A DNA stretch of 63,666 nucleotides, counting the filler, from Cercozoa sp. M6MM (lineage: Eukaryota > Protista > Endomyxa: Ascetosporea), in assembly GCA_040357565.1 (NCBI GenBank). It is 10 parts of 10 records of this genome, joined end to end, with 100 filler letters (N's around TTAATTAATTAA, not from the genome) between each part and the next. Parts side by side here need not be neighbours in the genome. Positions count along the whole stretch, not along the records: positions 1 to 16,348 come from JBDODJ010000289.1; positions 16,449 to 22,213 come from JBDODJ010000851.1; positions 22,314 to 26,059 come from JBDODJ010001329.1; positions 26,160 to 30,555 come from JBDODJ010001147.1; 6 more parts are not named here. The stretch is one strand, 5' to 3'. Within the stretch, counting starts at the first letter, position 1; the number at the start of each line of letters is the position of its first letter. The notes beneath the pieces were generated by a model, which saw only the letters and a program-made list of their open reading frames with translations, was not told the origin of the DNA and ran no database searches. This document shows positions 14,965 to 27,408 of this stretch, in pieces. The translations under genes were made by a program, and so were the position numbers.

Positions 14965-16335
14965 TTGTTGCTCTGTTTGTTCCAACTGCTCGGTTTGTGC
15001 CTCCTCCGTGACAGTCTCGGGGATAGTCTCGGCGACAGTGTCAGTCTTGGGAACAGTGTCAGTCTCGGCGGCAGTCTCAATCTCGGTCTCGGAAACAATG
15101 CCAGGAACAGTCTCAACAGCAGTCTCTGTGTCAGAAACACTGGCAGTCTCAACAACAGGTCTATCCGGAACACTCTCTGTGGCAGTCTCTGTGGCAGCCT
15201 CAGGAACAGTCTCAGGAACAGTCTCAGGAACAGTCTGTTCTTGCTGTTGCTGTTGCTGCTGATGCGACTGCTCCTGTGACAGCGACTCTGCTTGCTCGCA
15301 CGGCGCCTTCTCATTCTCAGCAGTCTCAATAGTCTCGACAGTCTCAGCAGTCTCAGCAGTCTCGACAGTCTCAGCAGTCTCAACAGTCTCGACAGTCGCA
15401 GTAGCTTGGACTGAGGTGTCCTCACTCTGTGCAGACACCTGTGTATGTCACACAGCCACATAGTAACACAGCCACATAGTAAACACAGCCAGGACAGCGG
15501 AAGGGTTAAGCACCTCCTGTGCGGCAGCAGGCGACGCCACGGCACTCGCCTCGACCGCCTGCAGCGTCGCACTGCGGATCAGCGACTCGGTCAGCTGCGC
15601 CGCCATCTGGTTGGCCGCCACCACCTGTCCGGGGAGGGGGTAAAAGGGGGGGGTAACGGGGCTAAAGCCAAGGACTACCTCCTCGCGCGTCGGCAGCGTC
15701 TCCAGCGCCGCCTCTTCTTGTTCCTTCTCGTCCAGTTCCTCATTCGTCTGGATCACCTCGATACTGACGTCGGCGGTATCAACGACATCCTCACCGTCCT
15801 CGGCAGGCGTGCCCGACATGCGCACTGGCACTCGATTCACGTCGAGTTGCCACAGACGCTCGTCGATGCCCGGCTCGATCTGGTCGCGCGCTATCTCCGG
15901 CGCCTGGGGGGGGGCCGGGGGGGTAACGGGGGGGGGGGGGTAACAGGGGGGTAAAGCGATAGCTACAAGCGTGTTGAAGCGCTTGAACGCGTCTCTCGTC
16001 AGTGTCAGGAACACGCAAGGCTATCGGGGAAGGGGGTAAAAGAGGGAGGGTAAAGGGGGTGAAAGGGGGTGAAAGGGTAAAGCACCTCCAGCGTCTGAAT
16101 CGACGCCGTGCGTTGCGTGCCGCGCATGAGCGCGATCTCGCCAAACCAGCGTCCTGCGTTGGTGTGTACAAACGTAACGTCCAAACATACCGTACACATA
16201 TGTCGTACACATATCTCCTTGCTGGCTACATACCGAGCACTCTCCCTTGAACAAAAAATAGCCCCACGTACCAGGTCCAAGGATCTCGAGGACGACCATC
16301 TTGCCGCGCGAGTTTCGCGCCTTGGCCATCACCTG
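14500..16335 (-). CDS. Cyclic-nucleotide-binding (cNMP) domain protein with long E/T-, Q- and D/N-rich low-complexity C-terminus; 5' partial
   Basis: VLEILGPG|RWFGEIALMRGTQRTASIQTLE is an intact phosphate-binding cassette (FGExAL...RTA). Confidence 0.8.
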
Positions 16336-16348
16336 TCGGGGGGGGGGG

Positions 16349-16448
16349 NNNNNNNNNNNNNNNNNNNNNNNNNNNNNNNNNNNNNNNNNNNNTTAATTAA
16401 TTAANNNNNNNNNNNNNNNNNNNNNNNNNNNNNNNNNNNNNNNNNNNN
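16349..16448. other. Assembly linker N-TTAATTAATTAA-N (also near 22214, 26060, 30556, 43761, 48787, 54432, 60738, 62132)
   Basis: Identical six-frame-stop 12-mer centred in a ~100-nt N run at each site. Confidence 0.97.
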
Positions 16449-16451
16449 CAC

Positions 16452-17083
16452 CTGGGCATAGTAAAAGATACTCAACCAGTGACAAGCAGTTACTTCATCC
16501 GCAAGGTGATGAACTGTACCATTTAACGACCGAGCTGCATCTTCCTGTTGTCGAACTGCATCTCCCTGTTGCTGTTCGAACTGCTGTTGATGCGTCTGCA
16601 ACTCGGTCTCTCGGCCTGCGTTTCCTTTTGCAGTGGTGGCCCTAAGTCTATGTCTGTTTGTTTGTTTTGTTTAGGTATCGAGTGGAGAGACGGGAGGACG
16701 ACGACGGGACGACCCGACGCGGCCTGCGACGCCTCTCTACTTGTAGCCCGCTACCTGCACCAACCATGAAGTCGACTTCGGTGTCTGGGGAACGTCAAAA
16801 GGGGAGTTGTATGGTCCTACCCTAAGCGGGCGGTAGACACGGCCATGCTCTTGTGACCCACCCCAGACTGGTGCAGGGGAACTACATAGTTGGTTTCCTC
16901 GAAGACTCAACAAACTACCCCTCGGTACCTCTACATCTCGAGTTGTACCTTCAATTGCTGCGATGCACGATTCATAATAAGCGGGTGACAAGATATCAAT
17001 ACTGCTAAAAAAGCGCCGTCTGGAGTGGAGGCGAAACGGCGTTTCTCAACACCGCTCGTCCTAGCGCGGTACAACTTGAAACA
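16452..17083 (-). CDS. Partial exons of a minus-strand gene, possibly the 5' part of the cNMP gene across the gap
   Basis: Q-rich exon (ETELQTHQQQFEQQQGD...) bounded by AG and GTAC; the upstream intron contains a LINE fragment. Confidence 0.35.
16701..16917 (+). mobile_element. 5'-truncated non-LTR retrotransposon 3' end
   Basis: Closely similar to 41330-41558; encodes a putative ORF end LVARYLHQP* followed by the structured 3' UTR and a short CAAACTA tail. Confidence 0.8.
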
Positions 17084-17249
17084 TTTTTTGGTTGAGTTAA
17101 ATTATGCTGTTCGCGTCTGAGGTTTCTGGCACAATGAGGTTTTGCTTCACCGCCCTCATAATCGCATTGATATGACGACTAAATTAAGGCTATGTTTCGA
17201 CAGCTTGGCATGGTTCTCCAACTAAAAAGGACTGATTCGTCTTCGAAGC

Positions 17250-20150
17250 TCAAGCCAAGTAGCGCATGATTTCTGTTGAGTCTTCGCTGTTGTCCTCATC
17301 TTTTTCAGTCGCAGTGGTGGTTTCGTCGCTCGGCTCACTCGGGCTGTTTGAGGAGGTTTCTGAGTCAGCAGCGACTTCGAAAGAAGTGCTTTTTAGCTGC
17401 GATCGCGCGTGCAGCAGGCGCAGAAGCGGAAGTAACGACTCTTTAACTTGCTCGTCTACGTAGTTCATTGTCCAACGAAATAGCCTCGCATCCTAACGAC
17501 AACGCCAATTGTGTTGCAATAAAATTGCTGCACAGTAAACTTACTTGTTTAAATTGACATAAATAGGTACAGTACTTTGCGATGGTGAGACTCGGGAAGC
17601 AGCGAGCAAAAACGATGCGTGAAACGCATGAGAGCACACACGGCACGCGTTGGAGTGACCAGCAGACTGCGCAACAGGCCACCCATGCGCGGCGACAGAG
17701 TACGAGCTCGCTGCCACAGCAACTTGCTTTGGCGTTTCACTTCGTCCTGTATAAAGGTTCAGTTGTCATGTGCTCGATAGTTTCCTGGCAAAAACATGAA
17801 AGTCGCGTTTCACCATACCACATAGAGTCGCAAGTGGCCTCGAATCGACAGCACAAAGTCGTATTTGAGCTCAAGTTTCCCGTCCGCACGTGAGACCACG
17901 ATGAGGATACTCTCGACCGACTTGCAGAGCAGAAGGAGAAGGCAACGAAGTGGCGAAGTCGGCGATAGGTTTTCCTCGAACTTCTTGGCATCGCTTCCAT
18001 GAGGCATCATCGGTTCAGATGCCGTCTGAAGTTTGGCACTTAAACGGTGCAGTTTTTTGACTTTGTTAATCGTGAGTCGTAGACGTGAGCAACTCTTTGC
18101 CTTGACGTTCTCATCTGCACACGCGTGCCACTTTTTCATGTGTTTACAGGAATCAAGACAGGCAGTGTGCGACCTTGCAAAAGCGGCAAACTCTCGGACA
18201 ACACGTCGATGATGCTAAAGCACGCAAATAGGTGACTCGTGTTGTTGTCTTCGGTGTCTTCTGTCACAACCTGATATGCGTACGGTATGCCGGCATTAAC
18301 CATGCCGCACACTTACTCCAGTCAGTTCTCGTTGTTACAGTTTACCTGTGCGAGATTCGCCACCTTTCCTCCCATCTTTTTAGTTTCCTGCGCTCAGGGT
18401 CCCAAAAACCAAGACTTTGACTCACAATTAAGCAAAAAAGCATCGAAACATCATTAAACCGAGGCAAGTGCAGCGTGTTGCGCCACAGGGATCCAGGCAC
18501 ACGTGTATCGCAGCAGCAAATGTCGTGACTGCACCCTGACGAGCGGTAGCACCTCGCCGAGATCGTACTCGGAGGCAACGCACGAAAGATCGAGGTGCAG
18601 ACACCGTGACACATTCGCATCCAACAGCGACGGCCAATCTTTCATTGTGCAATCAAAGAAGGAAGGCATTAGTGAGTGTTGTAGTGTTCGAATGTGGTGC
18701 TTTTCGATCTGTCCAGTGTCTGAGTAAGTCTAAATTTTTCCGTGGAACCTGAAGAAAGCGAGGATACGAGGGCGATGTGCGTCCAGTCGGGGTCGATGTA
18801 GACGCGAGGTCTCCGCTTACAGAGGTCAGATCCGCCAACCGTACAGACAAAATCGTGGAACATGCGAGTTGAAGACTGTGAAATCTTTCTTGAAGCGCGT
18901 CCAGATTTCCGACCGCAGCAACACTGACCCGAAGTCGACTTCTAGTGGTCGTGAGGCGAGGAAGGCAACTGTCATGTGAAAATATTTTTCAGTTGTAAGT
19001 TTAGTGTTGGTTTCGATAAAACAAAAAAACAGACCCAGCAAAGCAGCGAAGACGGCCCGACGCGCATCTTTCGGAAGCGCGTCGAGACAACGCACGATCA
19101 GCGCAGGAGATACACCCTTCCGCAGTGCCAGGTCAAACGACAGGTAGCGGCAGTTCCGACACGAAACGGCAGTCGTAGCGACATGACAGCGCGTGTCACC
19201 ACCGCATCAACGTAGTCCTCATTGGTTGGTTTATCTGCGGGGACAGGTACAAAGATACAGTGCTGTGACGGTGCGATAAAGTAGAACTGAAGCTAGTATA
19301 CTCGGTGAGCACAGTTTCGAAAGCGCCTTCTTCGATTTTCGAACAATATCGCCGATCGAAGTATCGAACTTTTTAACAACATTGTCGCTTGGAAAATTCG
19401 ACGCATGCGACTGCGACTCTGCAAACTCAATGAGAAAAGCCGCCAGACGCGTGCACAAAGCAAGAGGATCGTCTGTCAGATCGCTTGTTTTCGTGGCTTC
19501 GATTGCTGCCAGTGACTTCTTGAGCTTGCACATGTTCCTTCCGGAGGATTGGAAAAGGAAATCACAGAACACGCCAGGCGTCGACGCTACCACCTTTTGT
19601 CCCCAGATCCACAGTTCAACCAAAGTTCAACTGAAGCTGTAACTGAATGTACATTTTTGTGGAGTCGACTCGCTGCATGCAGACAAGCTTGCAGAAGTTT
19701 CTTTGTGAACTTTTTGTCATCAAGTGCGCAGCAGAGTTCCTTGTCTCCACTCAGCGTTTGCGCCAGTGTAACTACACACGAAGGAGTTTCGTTAGTGTTG
19801 GCAGAAAGAAACATAAGTTTACATTCAAAGTTCTCATCGGAAGGCTCAGCGCTAACAATGGCAGTATGACAAAGTTTCAAGTGCTTGTAAACATGCTCAT
19901 CGCTTAGACCAAAAACTTGGCTGTCGACGGTCTCTAGTAGCGTCCGTTCGAACATCAGTTTCACGCATTGACTTGACAACACCTCGACGGCGTATGCCAG
20001 TGACATGAGGAAGCGCGCCAGTCGTTTCGGGCACGTGCTGCATGCACGAACCCATCGGTCTCAACACTCAGAAGCGCAATAGAATTGGCAAGCCTCTTAC
20101 AGATCTGGAGCAAAATACACGTCCAACAGGGAAGGGCAAGCTCTGGCATC
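17250..20150 (-). CDS. Large hypothetical Leu-rich, probably helical-repeat protein with acidic C-terminus
   Basis: Series of Leu-rich ORFs linked by GT-AG introns, ending ...DEDNSEDSTEIMRYLA*; no family motif recognised. Confidence 0.55.
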
Positions 20151-20895
20151 CGACCGCGCTGCTCGGTGGTGTTTCGAGACCGCACGAGCAACCCGGTTAC
20201 CCATGTTATCAGATACACTGAATCCTAAAGACTGACACGAAAGGCAAAGACTCTAACTCAGTCGAGGTGGTGATTGTTGCCCCTGACTGACAGAAACTGA
20301 CCGGTCTTCAGTCGAGTAGTCACTCACTGATACCTGAGTCAGTCATAGACCAGCCCAGTTCGGCGATCGGATTCGAATGGGTCTTGCCTGGACAACTAGT
20401 GCGCCGGCGTAGCTAACAGTAAATACAAGTAGATGTCCTCCTTGTCGGCAGAAGGTCGGTACTACAAATAATCACATCAGAACGGTCAGCTAACCCATTA
20501 AAACGGATCGATTTTTCCGTCGAGCACTCTGGCACGGTCTGCGTGGCCGTTGACTGCAGGCTCATCACGTGGGCACAATTTTTGCTCTGGCTGAGCCTTT
20601 GGTGGTGAGCTTGGAACAGTGTACCCCGTACGTCATACAGTGTACCTCGGACGCCATAACGGAAAACAAAAACACAACAGCCGCCTACGGAAAATCTCAC
20701 TGGGGCCGTTTGATTTTCTGATTGAGCCTACGGCCACCTTGCGGGTTGGGTTTGCTGCTATCACACGTAGTACTCACAGTGCTGCACGATCTTTAGCGTG
20801 TGCAGGCCTTGTTTTATCTTCTGCTATCGAAACAAGGGGCTTTACCGTACTGGGTACTACACAAGACAAATAGTGAAAACGCCAGTTGCAGGAAG

Positions 20896-22138
20896 ATGAC
20901 ACCGTCGATATCTCTTTTGGAGGAAACGTTGGGAGCAGCGCAGTACTCCGGGATGCCAAGAAGCAACTGGATCACGATACATGTACTGAGCTGACTCGGT
21001 TCAAAAATGTGACACCTGACTCTTCTTTTTAAATTTACCTTGGGCTTTTCCCCGAGCAGACCGTCGCGCTGACAGTGATTGCTTGCTCAATGATTGGCAG
21101 CTCTTACATTATCTTGCGAACGCTGAGACTAGTGTCGCAGTCGCGAACTCACACTCAGTTCCCTGTCGTTGGAATCCTGCCTTTCCTTCTCGCAGTTTCA
21201 GACTTTAGGTAAAAGCTGTGAAGCGTATTCTGTTTGCCAAGGGCGTTTCCGCCTCAACAGTTCAACCCAAGACATGAATACCCTGCCTTGTATGAGTAGC
21301 CTCGGAGCAGTTCACGGACTGGACCACATCCTGTCGCTGAAGCAAGGGCATGTGACGACAGGAGACGCTTGCATTGTGCTGGGCTTTCTGACAAACCTTT
21401 TTCTGGTGGCACCGGCGTTTATTTCTGGCTACGTTGCTTTCTTCATCTGGTACGTGTGCATCTGCGGTACAGAGGCTTCACATATACAGCAAACTTCTTC
21501 CAACAGGTCCGTTGTTGTGCGGGAGAAAACGCCGACCGTTGGCGCCTACTACTCTCGAACTCTGCTGTGGTGCTTTGGTGCACCTTTCTCGCTCGTGGTA
21601 AGTTACTGTAACTCAAGTATGTATGCGTGATGCATACGCAAGTAAATCTCACGTATTGTAGCTTCTGCAACTCATCGTGGGCCGTGAGTTTTCTGTATTC
21701 CCAGAGAGCACTACGTACCTGTTACAACTCACTAAGAATTTAAGTTTTAAATAAATTTACCATAACATATCCATACAGAGACCGTCATTTTATTTTGCTG
21801 TTGGTTGTTTCGTGCGCAGAGATCGGGGCCGAAAGCGCATGGTGCGGAAGCAAGACTTACACAGCCCTGGTGGTGTTCCAAACAATCGAAATTCTCGTGA
21901 ACATTGTCGTCAGCAGTGCTTTGTATTGGTCGATTCAGCGCAAGCTGGTACCGACAGGCTTCATTTCCAAAATCAACAGTACGGCTGTGCTCCTTGCGTC
22001 GTGTACGCAGAAGAGGCACCTCAATGAAGTTCTGACGGGCAACACTCTAGAGTCCAAGAAGCTGGAGGCCACGATTCGGAGACTGCCTGCTTTCGTTCTT
22101 GTCTTCATCGTTCAGTTTGTACATTGTGTTGTAGTACC
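20896..22138 (+). CDS. 7TM GPCR-like protein, cAR/Crl/Git3/GCR1 type; 3' partial
   Basis: Successive hydrophobic segments: IACSMIGSSYIIL (TM1), FLLAVSDF (TM2), ACIVLGF (TM3), GAESAWC (ECL2), RRLPAFVLVFIVQF (TM6). Confidence 0.75.
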
Positions 22139-22172
22139 GTGTGTTTATTTCTGGCATGTGCATTACTGTATG

Positions 22173-22213
<41 letters not shown>

Positions 22214-22351
22214 NNNNNNNNNNNNNNNNNNNNNNNNNNNNNNNNNNNNNNNNNNNNTTAATTAATTAANNNNNNNNNNNNNNNNNNNNNNNNNNNNNNN
22301 NNNNNNNNNNNNNGGGGGGGGGGCTAAGGTAAAGGGTAAGGAGAAAACACC

Positions 22352-23368
22352 TGCGGATGGTACATCTCAAACTTGGAGAGGATACTCCAGAACTCGCTGG
22401 CGCACTGCTCCGCTTTCAGAAACGCCTCGTCTTTTGGGTTGATACTGGGGGAAGGAGGGAAGTAAAGGGCAAGCAAAGGGCGGAAGTAAAGGGTGGAAGT
22501 AAAGGGTGGAAGTAAAGGGTGGAAGCAAAGGGCGGAAGTAAAGGGCGGAAGTAAAGGGTAAGGTATAAAGGGTAAGGTATAAAGGGTAGGTATAAAGGGT
22601 AGGTATAAAGGAGGGGGATAGGGTGCAAAGCCTACAGTCCGCTCAACTGTCGCTTCGCAGCAGTGGCGGCACCGAGCAGTGTGCCCACGTGGACGCGACG
22701 ACCAGCATCCGACATGCCCGACAACGTGCGCATGGCTATTAGGGGGTAAGGATCAGAAGGGTAACACGCAGGGTGTTGGGGGAGAAGGGTTATGGGATAT
22801 GAGAGGATACATGTATGGGAGAGTAGATGAGAGGATATATGTATAGTAGAGGTATACGGGAGGATATATGGGAGGGTAAATGAGAGGATATATGGCAGGA
22901 TATATGGCAGGGTGTCAGGGAGGGTATCAGCTGTTACTACCAAAGTAGTAGGTCTTGAAGTCCTGCGTGGTCAGAGCGGCCAGTGCGAGCTGCAACAGAT
23001 CGTTCGGTGCGACGTCCTCGTCCTCGCGTTCGATCTGCTCGCGCAGTATGTCGCGCGCCTCCACGTACTCGCTCAACAACTCGCGGCGTGCCTCTAGCTC
23101 GCGCGTTCGGAACCACGAGCGACTCACATTGGTCAACTGCACACCCACAACAACACCACCTCAGGCATACTTCCTGCTTTTGCGACAACGATAATACGCG
23201 GTAAAACGGCTTGTAGGGGTCGGCTCTATATCGGTTGTTGGAGTATCTGCCGTAGTTTCTCTTGTTGAATCTGTTGTCGTTTCGGCCGTTTTGTCCACTG
23301 TTCTGCGCGCCGCCAACAGCACGACACTGGAGAGCTCTAACACTCGTCTGCCTGGCACGGACCAACAT
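22352..23368 (-). CDS. Hypothetical protein with probable mitochondrial presequence; 3' partial
   Basis: Arg-rich, acid-free N-terminus MLVRARQTSVRALQCR; multi-exon helical region follows. Confidence 0.5.
22455..22612. repeat. Intronic 13-bp minisatellite (GGGYGGAAGTAAA) grading into (GGGTAAGGTATAAA)
   Basis: Directly visible tandem array. Confidence 0.9.
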
Positions 23369-23490
23369 CCTACAGTATATGCACACGTCCACGCACGGTT
23401 GCTGCGTTAGTTAGAAGTTGACACAGAAAATAACAGATCGTGTGGATCTTGTAATTTATTCCTTGTACGGACGAAACAACCAACATCTGA

Positions 23491-24659
23491 TTAGTCCTTC
23501 TTTGGCTTGAGCTCGTTTTTGGGCTTGCTGACAGTGACACGAGCTGCAACGCGCGCGAGTTGCGGCAGCAGAAGGCCAAACACGACGGCCAGACCGCCGA
23601 GAGCCTGTGTTAGGGTTTCCTCCAATACCGAAAGGAGCCAAAAAAGAAAGAAGAATACCACAGTGGCCTGCCAGGCGCCGTTAGTTCGGTGTGTGATGAG
23701 CCGCACCCACTGAAACAACGCGCACATGTGTGTGTTGCCTGCTGGATGGGGCTACACGGAACTTACTTGCTGCATGTCGTCAGCACGCGTGCCCCAGGAG
23801 CAGAACAGGCGAGAGTAGGTGCCACACGTGACCGAGTGGGCACCCTGCAACCCACAGAGAACACATGGCAAACCTTCGGGTTGTGAAGGGGAACCTTTAC
23901 CGTCAGGGCAGCAGCAAACACAGCCGTCAGCGTGAATGCACCTGCGGAATCAATTAAGGGTGCGATTCCTCCACACAACCAAAAACGGAAGGCTACAGTA
24001 CCCAAAAGGCCGTGCTGTCGTTTCTGAGACGACGTGGACATGGAGGCACCACCGAACAGCATCAACAGCAACAGCACGCAGGCCGCCAGGGCCACTTTGC
24101 CTGGGAGGAACAACCTCGGAATCCAAAACACTAAATCAACCCCAAGGATTATCTAGATACTGTGCAGCGACACAAAGTGTGAGGCCGCCTGTCCCTTCAC
24201 TGTGGCGGTGCTCTCCTTGAGCGAGTACGCGTAGGCAACGCCTGTACTCGACCCAAGTCTCGAAAACAACCAAAAGTGGCTACACTGGAGGAGAAACACC
24301 ACCTCCAAAGAGAATCACGGCGCCCAGAGCCATCAGAGTCGAGTGCAGCACTCTATTGTTCCGTTTCTGTCGTTTAACAGTGAATACTTCTGCCAATACA
24401 CTTCGAAGAGCCCAAAAGATGTCAAACGCACCCGCTGCGAGAAGGCCCCGAAACACAGCAGGCACAGTCCGAACGTCTGCAGTGCCCCGTGCTGCCAGAA
24501 CCGCTGGGCTATCACCATTTAAAACTTATCACTACTACCACCCATTTACTTAAAACTTGCCCTACCATGAGGCATTGCGAAGGCGAGCGAAACTACTGAG
24601 CCAAGCAGTACCACCGAGGTCACGGCGAAGCGGCCAAACGGCACATCAGCTAGCGTCAT
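23491..24659 (-). CDS. Multi-pass membrane protein with C-terminal KxKxx ER-retrieval motif
   Basis: Many hydrophobic exons (MTLADVPFGRFAVTSVVLLG..., ALAACVLLLLMLFGG, ALGGLAVVFGLLL); ends KPKKD*. Confidence 0.6.
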
Positions 24660-24844
24660 GCTGTGCACTAACAATTAAAATAACTTTCAAACCCACGACA
24701 ACCTGTTTAGAGCAGCAACAGAGGGAAACTCATGCCATTGTTGGTTTTATTCGCCTGTCCAAAACAGTAGCTTTTTGGACAGTACTGTAGCCGCGCATCG
24801 TTGCCAAGCTCCACGGACCACCGCACCTGGGTGTGCCTGACGGG

Positions 24845-26059
24845 ATGGAGCGTGAGACAGCACAAGTGGCGGCCCAGCTGGCCACTTTGCTGGCCCGTTT
24901 ACAGGTGTTTTGCTGACAGAATTTCACATGTTTCAGATTGCCACCGACCCGAGTAAGGGAGTGATGTTTTTGTGTGCTTTCACGCGTGTAGGAGAAACCA
25001 GATGACCGCGTTATAAAACATCTGGAGTTTCTTTGGCCGCAGGTACCTCATAATAGTAATGACTGACACAACAAAGCGCTTTGTCTGATGTTTTGCTGAT
25101 TGAAACAGGTCTCGTCAAGACATCGAGATGCAATTCTCGCCTTGCAGCCTGCTGTGGTACTTTGAGTTGTTACCTGTTGACTATCTTTTTGTATCGTTAC
25201 TCCCTTGCTTGCTCCCCTTCCTGTGCACAGAGAAAGCTGAGCGAAAGTGCCGCTGCGCGCGACAACGAAGAACTCGCGAAACTGTGCAAACTCATGCGAG
25301 TGCAGGGTGCCTTTACCCCTCCCTTCCATCCTCCCTTTTATCCTTTCTCTTTAACCCCCGCTCTTTAACCCCTAGGCGAGAAACGCGTGCTGAAACGGCC
25401 GCAGGACACGCGCGCCGTCAAGCGTCGTCGCACGCAGCAGGAGGAGCAGCAGGTCCGAGAGGTACAATTGCTGTACATTTGCCCTGTCCAACTGTCGTGT
25501 ATACTGTCCTTGTGTACTGTCCTTGTGTACTGTCCATGTGTACTGTCCTTGTGTACTGTCCATATGTTGTGTGCAGGAAGCGGCACTGCCGGTGGACGCA
25601 CTGGTGGACCTGGTGATGCGGCGACTGCAGCAGTTCACGCCGCCGCCCGAGGCCATCGCGCGCGTGTGTCAGCACCCGCTGCTGCGCGACAGTCGCGCCT
25701 TCAACTACCTCATCACCGAGCTGCAAACTGTGCCGGCACGCGCCGCATTCCTCGCACGCGCCGCTCAGTCTACCTCCCAGTCTGCCTCCCTGTCTGCCGA
25801 TCAATCAGTGGACGCATCAGAGGACGCAGACCAATTAGCAGACCAATCGGCGGTCAAAATGGACCAAACAGCGGACGAAATAGCGGACGCAAAAATCCTC
25901 AAAAACGACGCGAATCTCAAGGCAGAGCCGCTGTTGGATGAAACACTCGGATCCGATTTCTCCGTCGTTGAGCTGTCCGATGATGGTCTTGGCGGCCGCC
26001 GCCCGCTCCGCAGCCAGGAACGCAGACCGGGAGGGAGAGAGGAAGACCAGCCAGAGCAA
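24845..26059 (+). CDS. Hypothetical protein with weak resemblance to symplekin/Pta1; 3' partial
   Basis: In-frame exons with basic KRPQDTRAVKRRR and LPVDALVDLVM; family call tentative. Confidence 0.45.
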
Positions 26060-26179
26060 NNNNNNNNNNNNNNNNNNNNNNNNNNNNNNNNNNNNNNNNN
26101 NNNTTAATTAATTAANNNNNNNNNNNNNNNNNNNNNNNNNNNNNNNNNNNNNNNNNNNNCCCCCCCCCCCCCCGTCAGA

Positions 26180-27320
26180 CACGTGTGTTTACTTCGTGTG
26201 GTCACTCAGATGACACGTGCCAACGCGAGGTGACCCACGCCGTGCGTGCCAAGGTATTGCCCTCCTTTACCCTCTACCCTCCTACCCCGTACCCCTACCT
26301 CTTGTGTCTAATGTCAGATGGGTCAGGTGCAACACATAAGCACGGACTTTTTGAAGTCGGTGCGAGCACAGGTGACTTCTTACCCCCACCCTACCCCTTA
26401 CCCCTTACCCCTTACCCCTTACCCTACTCCTTACCCCTCACCCTACCCTTACCCCTTACCCTGTCAATATCCTATGTTGCCCCAGGCACAACTACGACGT
26501 CGTGCGCGTCTGCCGACTGCTTCGGCACTAGCGGAAACTGGCTACGGGTAAGCGCAGCCTTAATTGTTTTTGTAAGACTGTTAAAGGTGACAATTGTAGC
26601 CACGTGTTGTGCATCGGAATCGATCGATACGCCGAAATTCTCGCTCTGATTGGTTTAGACCCCCTCCCCTCCCCTCCCACTCTTGTTGTAGCCTCCTCTT
26701 ATCTCACCCACCTGTTGTTGAGACAGGTGCTCCCTACTGCTTCACGCTGATGACGTCGCTGTTCAAGCGACTGGACGAGTGCATCGCGCGCATCGGTCGT
26801 CTCGAGAAGGTGCACCTGCTGCGCGGACAGTACTGCGTCGTCGCACTGCCGCGACTCGAGTCGGTACCACAGCCACCCCACACACACAGGACAGGCGAAA
26901 GAAGGGAGAGGGGAGGGATAAACAGACAGCTTATGTGTGTGTGTGTGTACACAACAGGGCGCACTGTCGGAGCATGCCATGTGCAACATCACGCCCGTCC
27001 GTATGCTGGGCTTTTGGAGTTTTCTTTCCAACACGCAGAAACGCTTTGCATGAGGATGTATTTTGTTAGAGTGCATGTTTTAACCTTTGTTGATGCATGT
27101 TTTTGCCTTTCAAAAACATGTCTTACCTGTTTAAAAAAAGAGCATCTCTGAAACTGTTGCACACAAGGAACTTGACCGTTTTGGTTTGCAGGACCGCAAG
27201 ACTTCAGCGAAGGCAATTCCTGGAATGCCGCCGGTTTTGCTGTTGGTAGTCGACTTCTCTGTTTTATCACGCACTCTCTCTCTCCCTCTCTCTCTCTCTC
27301 TCTCCCTCTCTGTCTCTCTG

Positions 27321-27408
<88 letters not shown>

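Noticed and set aside
16393-16404. Recurrent TTAATTAATTAA palindrome as a biological motif
   Set aside because: It is always centred in N runs, so it is an artificial six-frame-stop linker
20355-20415. tRNA on the minus strand (TTCGAATCC)
   Set aside because: The flanks do not form a T-stem or cloverleaf
26380-26460. Interstitial telomere
   Set aside because: The unit is CCCCTTA, not CCCTAA; it is irregular and confined to introns with sense-strand polarity
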